A stretch of DNA of 64,000 bases. Source: Octopus bimaculoides (Eukaryota). Under the pieces are notes generated by a model that was not told where the DNA came from, made no database searches, and worked only from the letters and a program-made list of their open reading frames with translations. Shown piece by piece: positions 24,939-38,660 of this stretch (positions are counted from its first letter, which is position 1; every line of letters begins with the position of its first letter). The translations under genes were made by a program, and so were the position numbers. The stretch covers positions 21,316,857 to 21,380,856 of the forward strand of contig NC_068986.1 in assembly GCF_001194135.2 (NCBI RefSeq), written 5' to 3'.

Positions 24939-25885
24939 GTATTTTTTTTTTTTTGTTCTAAATCTTAAAATTATCTTCTAATCTGATTGTGTGGTTAAGA
25001 ACTTACAGGTACAGGCGTGGCTGTGTGGTTAAGAGTTTTGCATTGGAACCATTTGATTAGAAGTCCAGTCCCACTGTATGAATGTTGTCAGCTGATGATG
25101 TTCTACACTATAGCTACTGGTAAACCAATACATTGTGAGTGAAATTGGGAAACTGAAGAAGCCTCATGTCATCTGATCTTCTTTGCCCACTTATTTGTGG
25201 GAAGGTTATGGGAGCAGAGTCCTCAAGCATGCCTTCCATTGGGTCCTGTCAGAAGCAACCATCTCCAATTGATCCAGTTAGATTCCAAGTGAGACCAACC
25301 AAGCACATGGACGTTATCTGACCATCTTGCTTGTGGTCTACCCCTGTGTCTCCTGCCAGTTGGTTTTTTTTTTTTTCCCATAAAACCTGTCCAGTAGTTC
25401 TTTCTTAAGACATTTTTACGACATATCCATAGTGTCAGGGCTGTGATCTTTCAATTCAGACAAATAGTGGCTCTACCTGGAGAGCCTCTCCGATTTCTGA
25501 GTTATGCACTCTGGTGAATAATGTTACTCAAAAAAAGAGAAGACCCTTCAGAAGAACACTATTTTGGCTACTTGTATTCACAATCATATTCTTATGGTGC
25601 CATATAAAAAAGCACCCATGCTGGCACCACATAAAAAAAGCACCCATGCCAGACTACACAAAACAGCAATCATGACAGTGCCATGTAATAAAGCAGCTGT
25701 ACTGTTGGCACCACTTAAAATACACCCAGTACACTCTGTAAAGTGGTTGGTATTAGAAAGGGCATTCAGCTATAGAAACCTTAGCAAAATAGATGACTGG
25801 AGCCTAGTGTAGCCCTCCAGCTTGCTAGCTTCTGTCAAACCATCCAACCCTTGCCAGCATGGAAAGCAGACATTAAATGGTGATG

Positions 25886-25916
<31 letters not shown>

Positions 25917-28900
25917 CATGCACATGTGTGTGAGTGAGTTTGTATTTCCCCCTCTCTTCACATGTGTTTTCTGACTGTAAACTACAGTCTCACTTTCAAT
26001 ATGGTAACAAAAGGGTTAAAGTTGCCATTCATACAGCAAGGGTCACTTCCATTTCTGAAATTTAATTCATCTAACTCCTACTGCAAATATAGTTTTTAAT
26101 ATGAACGTAAGAATGTTGCTCACAGCCAGACGTATTACATTTAAAATATTTCTAAAGTGTCATGTGTTTATTTTGTTTCAGAACTCTGAACAGAAATGTT
26201 CTAACCAAGATAAAAGTCCATTCTATTCTATAAACACTGCTGGTGGAAAACTCTTTCCTGTTATTGTTTTAAATAAGGTAAATTGTGCCATATTCCAAAA
26301 TATTTTTTTGAACTTTCATATTTCTATGTTGTTGTTTTCTTTAAGTCAGCCTCTCTTTTTTTACTCCTACTCTTTCATCACCTGTTTCCTCCTACCTCAG
26401 AAGTTTTCTAGCTTTTTCTCTTGTGTCCATAGGGCTTACAAATGAATTTCTTATTTGTTGATGTTTGTAAGTAGTGTGTGGCAAATGTCCAAGGGAAATA
26501 TGATGGATCGAGGATCCCATTAATTCTATGTGTCAATCATTCATCTTGTAATCCATTATCTATGGTAGGTTGTAATGAAGTAGCTAAGAGTTCTTTCTTG
26601 GCTGAAAACATTGTTATTATTTGTGCAAAAAAAAATTTTTTGATGGATGGCAACCTTGCAGAATCATTAGCACATCAGACAATTAGTAGCATTTTTTCCA
26701 GCTCTTTATATCCTGAATTCAAATGCCACCAAAGTCAATTTTGACACAATCTCTGAACTATTCACATTTTTATTTAATGTATTTTTTCTAATTTTCTTTT
26801 TGTTTAGGACCAGTTCCTTTTCTGCTGTTTACCATTTGTGGATTCAGCATCTCATTCCAAATCTTTCCTTATTGAAATGTAAGTTAAGCTTTAAAACATC
26901 CTTTACTTTGATTCTCTGAAAGAAATTGCTTAATGGTGTTTAGATAGTATTTTTTATTCATAAAAATTAATTTTGGTTGAAAACGAAACCTCTTCTGCTT
27001 TGGCCCTTTTCTCTCGTACTTTATTCATATCATTTTCCCATCTCCTAGCATAAAGGTTACCTCTTGATGTTTGTAGACTCACTGATGATGGCAGCATGAA
27101 AAAAAGCACGCAGCACATGTTGTAAAGTAGTTGGCGTTAGGAAGGGTATCCAGTCATAGAAACCATGCCAAAGCACAATGCAGTCCTTGGCTCCATCAGA
27201 TCTGGTCAAACTATCCACCCCATGCCAGCATGGAACATGGACATTAAATAATGATGGTGATACTTTGAAACAACCAAATAGAGTAGTGGCCATGCTTAAG
27301 AATCACAAAAGTCAAGCTACAGAGCATTTGGTCAGAAACTCTCTAGAACAAGCTGAATAGCAGAAGACATTCAGTAAAGAATATGTACCCTCCTTATGAA
27401 AATGTTTTGGCCCTTAACTCCTTACATTCTAAGAATATTGGGCCATACGCAGGCCATAATCTCGGGATAAGCTTCTGCCACTTTTCTAAGGGTTGCATAA
27501 ATCCTTTCCAGCATAGCATTTTGTTATTTGTTGCAATTTTCTGCACCTATTTTAATATCCTGATTAATGTCAACAAAGGAATTAGTGACTGAAATTTGAA
27601 GCAAGTTAAAAGACTTAAGGATTGTGTTTCTTTAAATCAGTTGTTCTCAACCATTTTTTTTACCTACGGACATTTTTGATTTCTAGTCATTCAATGTTTC
27701 AAAAATCCCATTACATTTTTATAATTAAATATTATAAAGAACTGTATAAGAAAAACTGTTAAAACATTTTGTGTATCGTGGAAGTACAACCAATTTATTG
27801 CAGATAAATCTTGACAAAATCTTACATGGACCCCCAAGAGTCTCATGGACCTCAGTTGAGAACCCCTGCTTTAAATGAAACCCCTTCCAAAAAAAAAAAG
27901 AAGCAATAGATCTTTCACATAATTCTGTATCTTTCTTTTATTTAGTCCTGGTGTAACATTGTGTCACGGTTTGCTGAGTGCCTTATCTGATATTGTACAT
28001 ACTTCACACTTAAATAATGAGGTAAGTCAAAGGGTTTGAATTTGTTTTTGTTTCTTTTTTTCTTTTTACTATTATAGATTTTTTTTTATCACTATAGATT
28101 TTTATAAGGCTGTGAGGTGACAGAGTTGTTATCATGTGGCCGATGCTGGTGCCACATAGCCAGCAACCATGTAGGTGGCATGTAAAGAGCACCTTTTGGG
28201 CCTCACAGAGGCAATGACTGAGACCTTTGGCATTATGTTGTGCTTGAGAAGAAGACCCATCAAGCCGAGCAGAATCACATTTGTGGTAGATATTGGTGTC
28301 ATGCAAATGGCACCCATGCACCAATGCCAGTGTCATGTAAAAGCATCTTTGAGCGTTGGGCCTCACAGAGCCAAAGACTGAAACCATTTGGCATTATGCT
28401 GTGCTTGAGAAAACCCATCAAACCAGGTAAAACCATAATCATGGCAGATACCAGTGCCATGCAAATGGCACTTGTGCTGGTGGTACGTAAAAAGCACTCA
28501 TTACACTCTCAGAGTGGTTTGGCATTAGGAAGGGCCTCCAGCTGTAGAAACCATGCCAAAACAGGCTGGAGTCTGGTGCAGCCTTCTGACTTGCCAGCAT
28601 GGACAACAGACATTAAATGATGATGGTGGTGGTGGTGGTAGTAGTAGTAGTATATCTAAGAAGGTTTGTAAAATGTATAAAATCTATCTTCTACACTAAT
28701 GTATTACACAGTGCTACGTTTAATACTACAAAGCAGTGGTGTAGCTAGAGCATGTGCTGCCCATGAGTTTGTTGTTTCCACCTCTACACATACTTATGCA
28801 ACAGACTCAAAAGTGTCACCCCCATGAAAGAGCCACCCCCGTCATCCACTTCTCACTATGCTACTGGGTCTTGAATATACCACTGTGCTTGCCTGAAGAA

Positions 28901-29988
28901 ATAATCCTTTACCCAACAGATCAATAACATGTTGTCTTGGATTTTTGTAACTCTCGACTGGTTCTTAACAATATGTGATATCCATTTAATAAAGTATTTG
29001 GATCTCATTGTGTTTATTTTCCTACAATTACCTGTAGGTTTGGAATCTACAAGATGGAAGAAAGCATAATTCAGATTATAATCTGAGTAGTAATTGTTTG
29101 AATATCCTCTGTATATATGTAACTTCTCAGAAATGTTCCTCTGGTATTTTCAGAATTCTTTATTCAATGATATATCCACATTTCTGATTGAAACTGTACC
29201 TTTAGGGAAAATACGCGATGTTAATTTGACGTCAATCAATGCTAAAATTGCCAATAAATCAATCTTTGCTGCCGGAAATCAAAAAGTAAGTGGAAATCTT
29301 TGTATATTGACAAAAAATTTATTCTAAGTATATTATCTGTTAGGAATTAAGATGTAGATTTCTTCTGACTAAGGATGAAGACAAAGTTATATATATTTAC
29401 ACGCACACATACACATACAGTGTCCCAGTCAGGTGGGAAAAGATGTGCTATTGCAGCATGTTGCTGCATTCACCATTTGTCAGTATATTCCTGGGTCCTC
29501 TCGGGTAACCCATTGGGCAGATCCCCAGTCTGTCACCATCTCCATGAGATACCTCATCTGCTGTGACCATGTGGCTTGGGGTTAACCAACACAAGCCCTT
29601 AACCCAACTGGATCCTCAGCAAAGAGAATATAGCAGTAATGTTTTGATATGTATATATCAAAAGATATTTACAAAAGTTAATAAGGATAGTATTCTTATT
29701 CATTTTTGAAGCTTTGATTTGATATGATTTGATACGATAATAAATGATTGAATTTTTGTTCATCCTTAGTTCATATCTTTGTATTTCACAGCAACCTGCT
29801 TGGAGACCTAATACACACAAGGGGAGAAATCAAATCTATATTTGTGTCTCTGAAAATGTTAGAGCTGCTATTGTAAGTAAAATCTATTTAAAGTTTTCAG
29901 TACCATTATTATTATTGTTGTTGTTGAGTCTCAAGTCACTCTGGTCATAAGCATTTTCAAATTGTTCATCTTGTTTTCTTCTCTTTTT

Positions 29989-30024
<36 letters not shown>

Positions 30025-31293
30025 GATGTATAAGAATTGGATGAGATATGACGGCTCGGCCATCTCTCCCCAGTTCTTATATTAATCATTAAAATCCAGA
30101 AATACAACAACACCAGGGATAACAGTAACAAGAGATCAATAATTTATTCTAGGTTGGTGTAGAGCCGTTTCGTTCCTGGGTGAACAGGCATGCCGCTAGA
30201 ATACCAAGGAAGCTTCGACCACATGTCGGTATCGAGCTGAGAGAGCACTGGGAGATACGTGTTGTCACGACAGCTGCTAGATAGAGAAGAGAGCGAACGC
30301 TATTGCTCTCTCTCCACCTGTTGCCTTGCGCATGTGTGCCCAGGTACTTCCGCTGACGGCAAGTCCCTTGCACATGCGCAATGGCACTTCCCAAGATGGC
30401 GGCCACACGCGCCACTACAGATGCATTGCTTCCTTTAAAACCTCCATGCTTCCTGAAATTTGCCAACACTACACCTGATATCATCACCTCCATACGCATG
30501 CACACATGTATATCATGACTCTTACACTGTTCACTTTCCTGACTTTTGTACATAATTCTCTGTACCGTACATGCACCTTTGGTGAGTTGTAGTGCACCTG
30601 AGCACTATACACAATAATTTCATTATTATTATTATATTTATTATATATTATACACACACACACATATATATATATATATCATCATCATCATCATCATCGT
30701 TTAACGTCCGCTTTCCATGCTAGCATGGGTTGGACGATTTGACTGAGGACTGGTGAAACCGGATGGCAACACCAGGCTCCAGTCTGATTTGGCAGAGTTT
30801 CTACAGCTGGATGCCCTTCCTAACGCCAACCACTCAGAGAGTGTAGTGGGTGCTTTTACGTGTCACCCGCACGAAAACGGCCACGCTCGAAATGGTGTCT
30901 TTTATGTGCCACCCGCACAAGCCAGTCCAGGGGCACTGGCAACGATCTCGCTCGAAAATCCTACGGGAGCCAGTCAGGAGGTACTGGCAACGGCCACGCT
31001 CAAAATGGTGCATCTCATGNNNNNNNNNNNNNNNNNNNNNNNNNNNNNNNNNNNNNNNNNNNNNNNNNNNNNNNNNNNNNNNNNNNNNNNNNNNNNNNNN
31101 NNNNNNNNNNNNNNNNNNNNNNNNNNNNNNNNNNNNNNNNNNNNNNNNNNNNNNNNNNNNNNNNNNNNNNNNNNNNNNNNNNNNNNNNNNNNNNNNNNNN
31201 NNNNNNNNNNNNNNNNNNNNNNNNNNNNNNNNNNNNNNNNNNNNNNNNNNNNNNNNNNNNNNNNNNNNNNNNNNNNNNNNNNNNNNNNNNNNN

Positions 31294-31339
<46 letters not shown>

Positions 31340-34300
31340 TACACACACACACATATATATATATGCATACACACATGCATATATATGCATACACACACAC
31401 ACTCACACACACATAGCAAATTGGCAGAGTCATTAGAGCATTGGCTGGAATGCCTCATAGTATGTGTTACAACTCTTTGCACACTGAGTTCAAATCCCAC
31501 GAAAGTCAGCTTTGCTTTGTCCATAAAAAAATACCGATCTAGGATTGTGGATTGGTAGAACTGTTATAGTCAAGCAGTGTCTATTCAGGCTCATTACGTT
31601 CTGAAAGCAATACCTGTAGTAATATACTGGTGCCAAACCCTATTGGTGGTGACCTGTCCCTTAGATAAACATTGATGGCATGGACAAGGAAGTCTTGCAT
31701 ACTGGAGGAACTGTCCAAGCATGTAATTCTCCTAAAAAAAAAAAATAATAATCATGTCCATCCCTGCACATACAGGTGCAGATGGATGGTCATCCCTGAC
31801 TAATAGAGTTCCTTTATTTCTAGGACTGCATTGTCTAATGTGTTCTTTGCTTTTAAGATGGTAGGGTGTAATCTGAGGGATTTTGGCTGTCATTTATAGC
31901 AGGTTGGATTAGATGACAGTGTGGTAGTTCCCTAGGCTTATTTCTTCAATAAACTTATTATTAGCATGTGTATCAATATAAAAAGAACTCACAGAGCATT
32001 AATGACAAACTAGTGGCAGTGGTAAGAGTATTTCTTAGAATAACTAATTAAAATTAAAGTACTAGTATTTTAAAATTACAATCATAAAAACGTAAGATTA
32101 ACTATATATCTGTTTGTTAGAAAGTACCTTCATACTACATTCCTGGCTTTTTCTTTAATTTTTTTTTTTTTTCTTTTTTAGCTAAGCTTTTTGCATTGAA
32201 TGAATAGAAATAAATGTTAAAGACAAAAGAGAGACTCATGACCGACAAAATTGTAGCAATAGAGATTTTAGTGTAGTACATAGGATGCTTATTCTGTCTA
32301 CTTATCTTTCCTTCCAAATTTTGTGACGGATATTAAAAGTAACTTAGATGACCTTCACACTCTCTAAACTAGAGGATCTATTATACAGTGACATTTACAT
32401 AAGCATGTTGTTATCAATTGATGATATTGTGTTAATTGAGTTGTGAAATCTTGTTTATTTGCTTTTTTTTTCTTTCCTTTCATCATCATCATCATCATCA
32501 TCGTTTAACGTCCGCTTTCCATGCTAGCATGGGTTCTATAATCAAAATGATAGAGGAAATCATTTATTATTTCCTTTTTCTACGGAAGGAAAAATTTACA
32601 GAATTTATCACCTTCTATTCATTTAACATGTTTTATTTCAGTACGTAGCGACAGAGTAAGCTCCCTTTATAATTTTAAAATAAAATTACATATTTGATGG
32701 TTTAAAAAATGCCTGGTCATATTAGATGCCCCCAATTTCAGCAGCACATATTCAAGAAAAAAGTTCTTAATGCATTAAAACATGTAATGTAGGTCTAACT
32801 TTGCATATAGGACCCGGGGTGATTTTTGCATTTGAGGGTTGGTTTGAAAAAGGAGAATGCCCAAAACTGGGCGAGATGGTGTGAGGGCAGTTGCTATGAC
32901 ATTGAGGGAACTAAACCTGGATTTAAAACACTGGATGATGATGATGATAACATGGATTGTCGAGTAAAAAAGAAAAAAAAATCAAACAAATTTAGCTGAT
33001 AACCGAATATAACATCATTCATTACACAAGAATTTGTGAAATATTCACTGAAATTACTACTTCGTATTTTTTTTACTGTAATCTCATTGGTTTATTTTCT
33101 TTCAGTGTGGAACCAATCAGAAGGGAAATGACTGGGAAGTGTATGGCAGGGTGACATGTAAGTGTGATCTGGATGGTATTGTTCCTGAGGTCACACTCAA
33201 CATTATCCAAATGCCTACAAATGAAAGATTCTGTTTGGATAATTTTACAGTTCACCCCTGTGTTCAAAGTGCTGATGTTGATGACGCATTAAGTAAGACT
33301 ACATTAATTTCTGTTTAAATTCCGTCAAATTATTATCATTTTTTTTTCTACTCTAGGCACAAGGCCTAAAGTTTTGGGGGAGTTGGGGCCAGTCGATTAG
33401 ATCGACCCCAGTATGCAACTGGTTCTTAATTTATCAACCCTGAAAGGATGAAAGGCAAAGTCGACCTCTGCAGAATTTGAACTCAGAACGTAAAGGCAGA
33501 TAAAATACTGCTACACATTTCGCCCAGTGTGCTAACATTTCTACCAGCTCACCACCTAAAAAATATTCTTTTCTACTCTAGGCACAAGGCCCGGGAATTT
33601 TGGGGGATTGGGCCAGTTGATTAGATCGACCCCAGTGTGCAACTGGTACTTAATTTATCAACCCTGAAAGGATGAAAGGTAAAGTCGACCTCTGCAGAAC
33701 TTGAACTCAGAACGTAAAGGCAGACGAAATACCACTAAGCATTTTGCCCGGCATGCTAACGTTTCTGCCAGCTCGCTGCCTTTCGGTCAGATTATATTAG
33801 ATATGATCTTAGACACAGATGTGGCTGTGTGGTTAAGAAGTCTGCTTTCAATCTCATGGTTTTGGGTTCAGTCCCACTAAGTGGTACCTTGGGCAAGTGT
33901 TTTCTGCTATAGTCCTGAGCCAGAGTAGAAGACATCTGTAAGTATATTTGATAGACAGAAATTGAAAGAAACCTATGGTGTGTGTATATATATATATATA
34001 TATATTATACACACAAACACATATATATTAGTGTGGGTGTGTTTGTCTTACTGTTGCTTTGTTTTGATATCACATGATAGACGCAAGTATCACTGTCACA
34101 CACGTCGTGTCTTTCATTTCCAGTCTTCCATGAAAATACATTTGGTCATGAGGGAATATTGCCTTACTGGGAGACACTTGAGGGTTGTTGACAGGAAGGG
34201 CATCTGGCCTTAGAAAATCTCCTTCAACAAATTCCATCTGACCCATGCAAGCTTCGAAAAGTGGACGTTAAAACAGTGGTGATGATGACTCTTGTTGCTG

Positions 34301-34521
34301 TCATTTGACTGTGACCATGTTGGAGCACTGCCTTGAACGATTTTAGTCAAGCAGATCAACCCCAGGACTTATTCTTTGTAGAATTATTGAATTGGTCTCT
34401 TTTGTCGAACTGCTAAGTTACGGGGATGTAAACACACCAGCATCAGTTGTCAAGTGGTGATGGAGGACAAGCATAGACACAAAGACACACATAAACACAC
34501 ACACACACACATACACATGCG

Positions 34522-34572
<51 letters not shown>

Positions 34573-37500
34573 GACAGGCTTCTTTCAGTTTCCGTCTACC
34601 AATCCACTCACAAAGCTTTGGTTGGCCCGTGGCTATAATAGAAGATACTTGCCCAAGATGTCACACAGTGGGACTGAACCCGGAACCATGTGGTTGGAAA
34701 GCAAGCTTCTTACCACACAGCCACGCCTGCACCAATCCATGATGATGGTGCTGATTATATATCAAAGGCAAATTCTTGGTTTCTGTACCAGAAATTCAAA
34801 GATGCTAAACTAGTAAAAATTAAAAAAAAAGAAGAAAATAGAAAATGTGAAAAAATGTTGAATAATAAGAAGAAATATTATATATTGCCGTTTGTTTTTA
34901 TTATGTTAAAGATGTCTATCTTCATGTTGTTTTCTTATATGTTGGTAATAAGTCACATGTCACATGATGTCATAACTTAGTATTTTTCTGTGTGTTTGTG
35001 TGTGTGCACTTGTGTGATATGACTTTATGCTGTGTGTGTGTGTGTGTGTGTGGTGGGTGGGGATAGGGGTGTTTTGGTCATGTGTCACATGGTCACATGC
35101 TGTTATGGTTATGTGTTTCTGTGTGTTTGTGCATTTATGTATGCATAAATATGTGTGTGTGTGTAAGTGTGTATATGTGTGTGTGTGTGTAAGTGTGTAT
35201 GTGTGTGTGTGTGTGTGTGTGTGTATACATATAACTTTATGGTGTTTTCTTACATGTTGCTAAAAAAAATCACATAGTCAAATGATATAATATAATGTTT
35301 CTCTGTGTGTGTGTGTGTGTGTGCATGCAATGTTATAATATAGTATTTCTCTGTGTATGTGAGTGTGTGTACATGCATGCCCCAAACACATACTATCTCC
35401 CTTCCCAACCCACCCATTATATATGCATGTGACTGCTAAATTTATCTCGGTGGGCTATAGTGACTTTGCAAATAGATATCTTCATAAACAAAACTTTTGT
35501 AAACAGAATTATAGTTTTATTTGGCACCATAACAACATGATGTTCATGTGAACTAAAAATCTCAAATAATGGTTTAAGTTAACCTTTTGGTTTCTCTGTG
35601 TGTGCTATCCTACCCACATCATCATCTGTAGCATCATTTAATGTCCATTGTCCATGTTGGATGGTTTGACTGGAACTTGCAAGCTGGGGAGCTGCACCAG
35701 GCTTTTGATTAGGCGTAGTTTCTATGACTGGATGCCCTTCCTAGTGGAGGCACATGGCTTAGTGGTTAGATCAGCAGAGCTGCTGTTGAGGGATCGCTGG
35801 TTCAGATCTCAGACCAGGTCTGTGTTTATAAGCAAAACACCTAAGCTCCACGTGACTCTAGCAGACTCTGCTGACTCTTTCACCACAACTTTCTCTCACT
35901 CTTTCCTCCTGCATCTAGCAGCTTGCCTGCGACAGACTGGCGTCCCATCCAGGTGGGGAACCTATACACCAATGAAACCGGGAAACCAGCGCTTATGAGC
36001 CAGGCATGGGTGCCAATATATATGTGTGTGTATATATATATATGTACAGGTGTGGCTGTGCAGTAAGAAGCTTGCTTCCCAACCACATGCTTCTGGGTTC
36101 AGTTCCATTGTGTGGCCCTTTAGGTGAATGTCTTCTGCTATAGCCTCAGGCCAACCAAAGCCTTGTGAGTGGATATGTAAGATGGAAACTGAAAGAAGCT
36201 GGTCATACATATACACGTGTGTGTGTGGGTTTTATCTGTTTGTCCCCTACCACCACTTGACAACAGGTGTTAATGTGTCTACATTCCTGTCACTTAGCAG
36301 TTTGGCAAAAGAGACCAATAAAATTAGTAGCTGGTTTTAAAAACCATAAATACTGGGGGTCGATTCATTCGACTAAAATTCTTCAAAGCAGTGCCCCAGC
36401 ATGGCCACGGTTTAATGACTGAAACAAGTAAAAGATAGAAGATTAAAGATTGATGTCTGTTTGAGCAGCTAAACCCTACCCTAATAAAACATGTACCTAT
36501 GAAATACCTGTGTACCTGTGTAACATGCCTTTTGCCTATATAATGAATGAATGTTTATTGTTCAGTGTAGAATATAACATATTATATTTCTGTAATACTA
36601 CAGGTGATAATCAAGAGTTAGATGCTCGCAGCACTTCTCGAAGAATTCGATTCATTCCACCACAAGAACAGTTTACTCTCTGCAATTATTCGGTCAATGC
36701 CCCCAAAGATATGCCAATAACTGGCTACTATGATATGCAGGTAAGTACACTCTGAAATCATGAAAAGAAAATTAATGAAATAAATTTATTGAAATTAATT
36801 CAACTGTCATCCAAATAGTCATTTTTTTCAATATTCTGCAAAAACATTTCTAGCCATGGGGCATTTTTACTTTGCCTAAAACTAGCAACAGAAAGGGCAT
36901 CATAGAAAATCTGCCTTAATAGACTCCCTCCAATCCATGCAGGTATGTAAAAGTAGATATTAAAAAATAAAAACAGAAACAAAGTATACCAATCTTCATT
37001 TCTGTTGTATTAAAGAACCCAGAATATAATTTGGCTTTTATTTCCAACTAATCTACTAACAGTGGTTCTCAACGAGGGTTCATATGACCCTTGGGGGTTC
37101 ATATAAGATTTTTTGTTAAAATTTACGAGCAATAAATTGCTTGTGCTCCTACAACTTACAAAATAGTTTAACATTATTTTAATATTGTTCCTAATAATAT
37201 TTAATTATAAAAAGGTAGTGAGCTGGCAGAATCGTTAGCATTCCAGGCAATTTGCTTTGCACCATTTCATCCGTCTTTACATTCTAAGTTCAAATGTCGC
37301 CAAGGTTGACTTTGCCTTTCATTCTTTTAGGGTTGATAAAAAAATACCAGTCGAGCATTGGGGTCGACGTAATCGACTATTCCCCTCCCCCAAAAGTTTC
37401 AGGCCTTGTACCTTTAGTAGAAAGAAATATTTAATTATTTTCGAGCGAGATCGTTGCCAGTGCCGCTGGACTGGCTCTTGTGCGGGTGGCACGTAACATA

Positions 37501-38486
37501 CACCATTTTGAGCATGGCCGTTACCAGTACTGCCTGACTGACTTTAGTGCCGGTGGCACGTAAAAGCACCCACTACACTCTCGGAGTGGTTGGCGTTAGG
37601 AAGGGCATCCAGCTGTAGAAACTCTGCCAAATCAGATTGGAGCCTGGTGTAGCCATCTGGTTCACCAGTCCTCAGTCAAATCGTCCAACCCATGCTAGCA
37701 TGGAAAGCGGACGTTAAACGATGATGATTATGATGATGATGACAAAAAATATAAAGGATTTGTTAAGCATCAAATAGTTATGCGGGTCCACCCAAGAAAA
37801 ACAGCAATCAAAGGAGTCCATGGTTTGGAACTTCTGAACTAGATTTTGATTTTTTGTTACCTGTTCCCTTCTGGTAATTAATTTTTAAACTAACAAATAT
37901 TTTCTTAATGGTCTACCATAGTAAATCTAGAAAATGGCTGTCTTTCTTTTGCAGGTTGAACCAGGAGGAAAAGTCATCATTGAAGTTCGCTTAACGCTGA
38001 ATCCTAAAATTAAAAATTCTTTTGATATCTGTGAACTACAAATACCAATATATAATCGGTAAAATGAAATTTGTCAATCTTCCATCTGCATTCATGGATT
38101 GTATATTTTCATAATTGTATTGTTTCTGTGCTACTGTTTTACATGAATAGGTGTGAGTGTGTGGTTAAGAAATTTGCTTCCCAACTATGTGGTCTTGAGA
38201 TCAATCCCACTGCACAACATCTTGGGCAAGTGTCTTCTACTATAACCCTGGGCCAACCAAAGTCTTGTGTGTGGATTTAGTAGACAAAAATTAAAAGAAA
38301 TCCATCTCACTACCCCCCCCCCTCACCACCAATATATAGTGTCCGTAAATTATCTTTACAACTTTCACATACTAATTGTAAAAGTTGTAAAGATAATTTA
38401 TAGATATCTTGTATCGTATTTTTAGCATAGGAGATGCTATCCTTGGGTGAATACCATAGTATATTCTATCTTCTGTCTTTCATTTG

Positions 38487-38528
<42 letters not shown>

Positions 38529-38610
38529 TATCACTGTATCTATCTATCTATCGATATTTATTTATTTATATTTAGATATGGTATGTCTCTGTATCTGTCT
38601 GTCTGTCTGT

Positions 38611-38660
<50 letters not shown>

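Noticed and set aside
30753-31558. Long ORFs (142-232 aa) in the track
   Set aside because: Artefacts of reading through the 274-N gap, (TA)n/(CA)n tracts and an RTE 3' UTR
32642-32655. Possible 14-nt micro-exon (cag|TACGTAGCGACAGA|gtaag) in AP5M1
   Set aside because: Flanking exons 29872 and 33106 already join in phase 0; inclusion would frameshift; no support without RNA-seq
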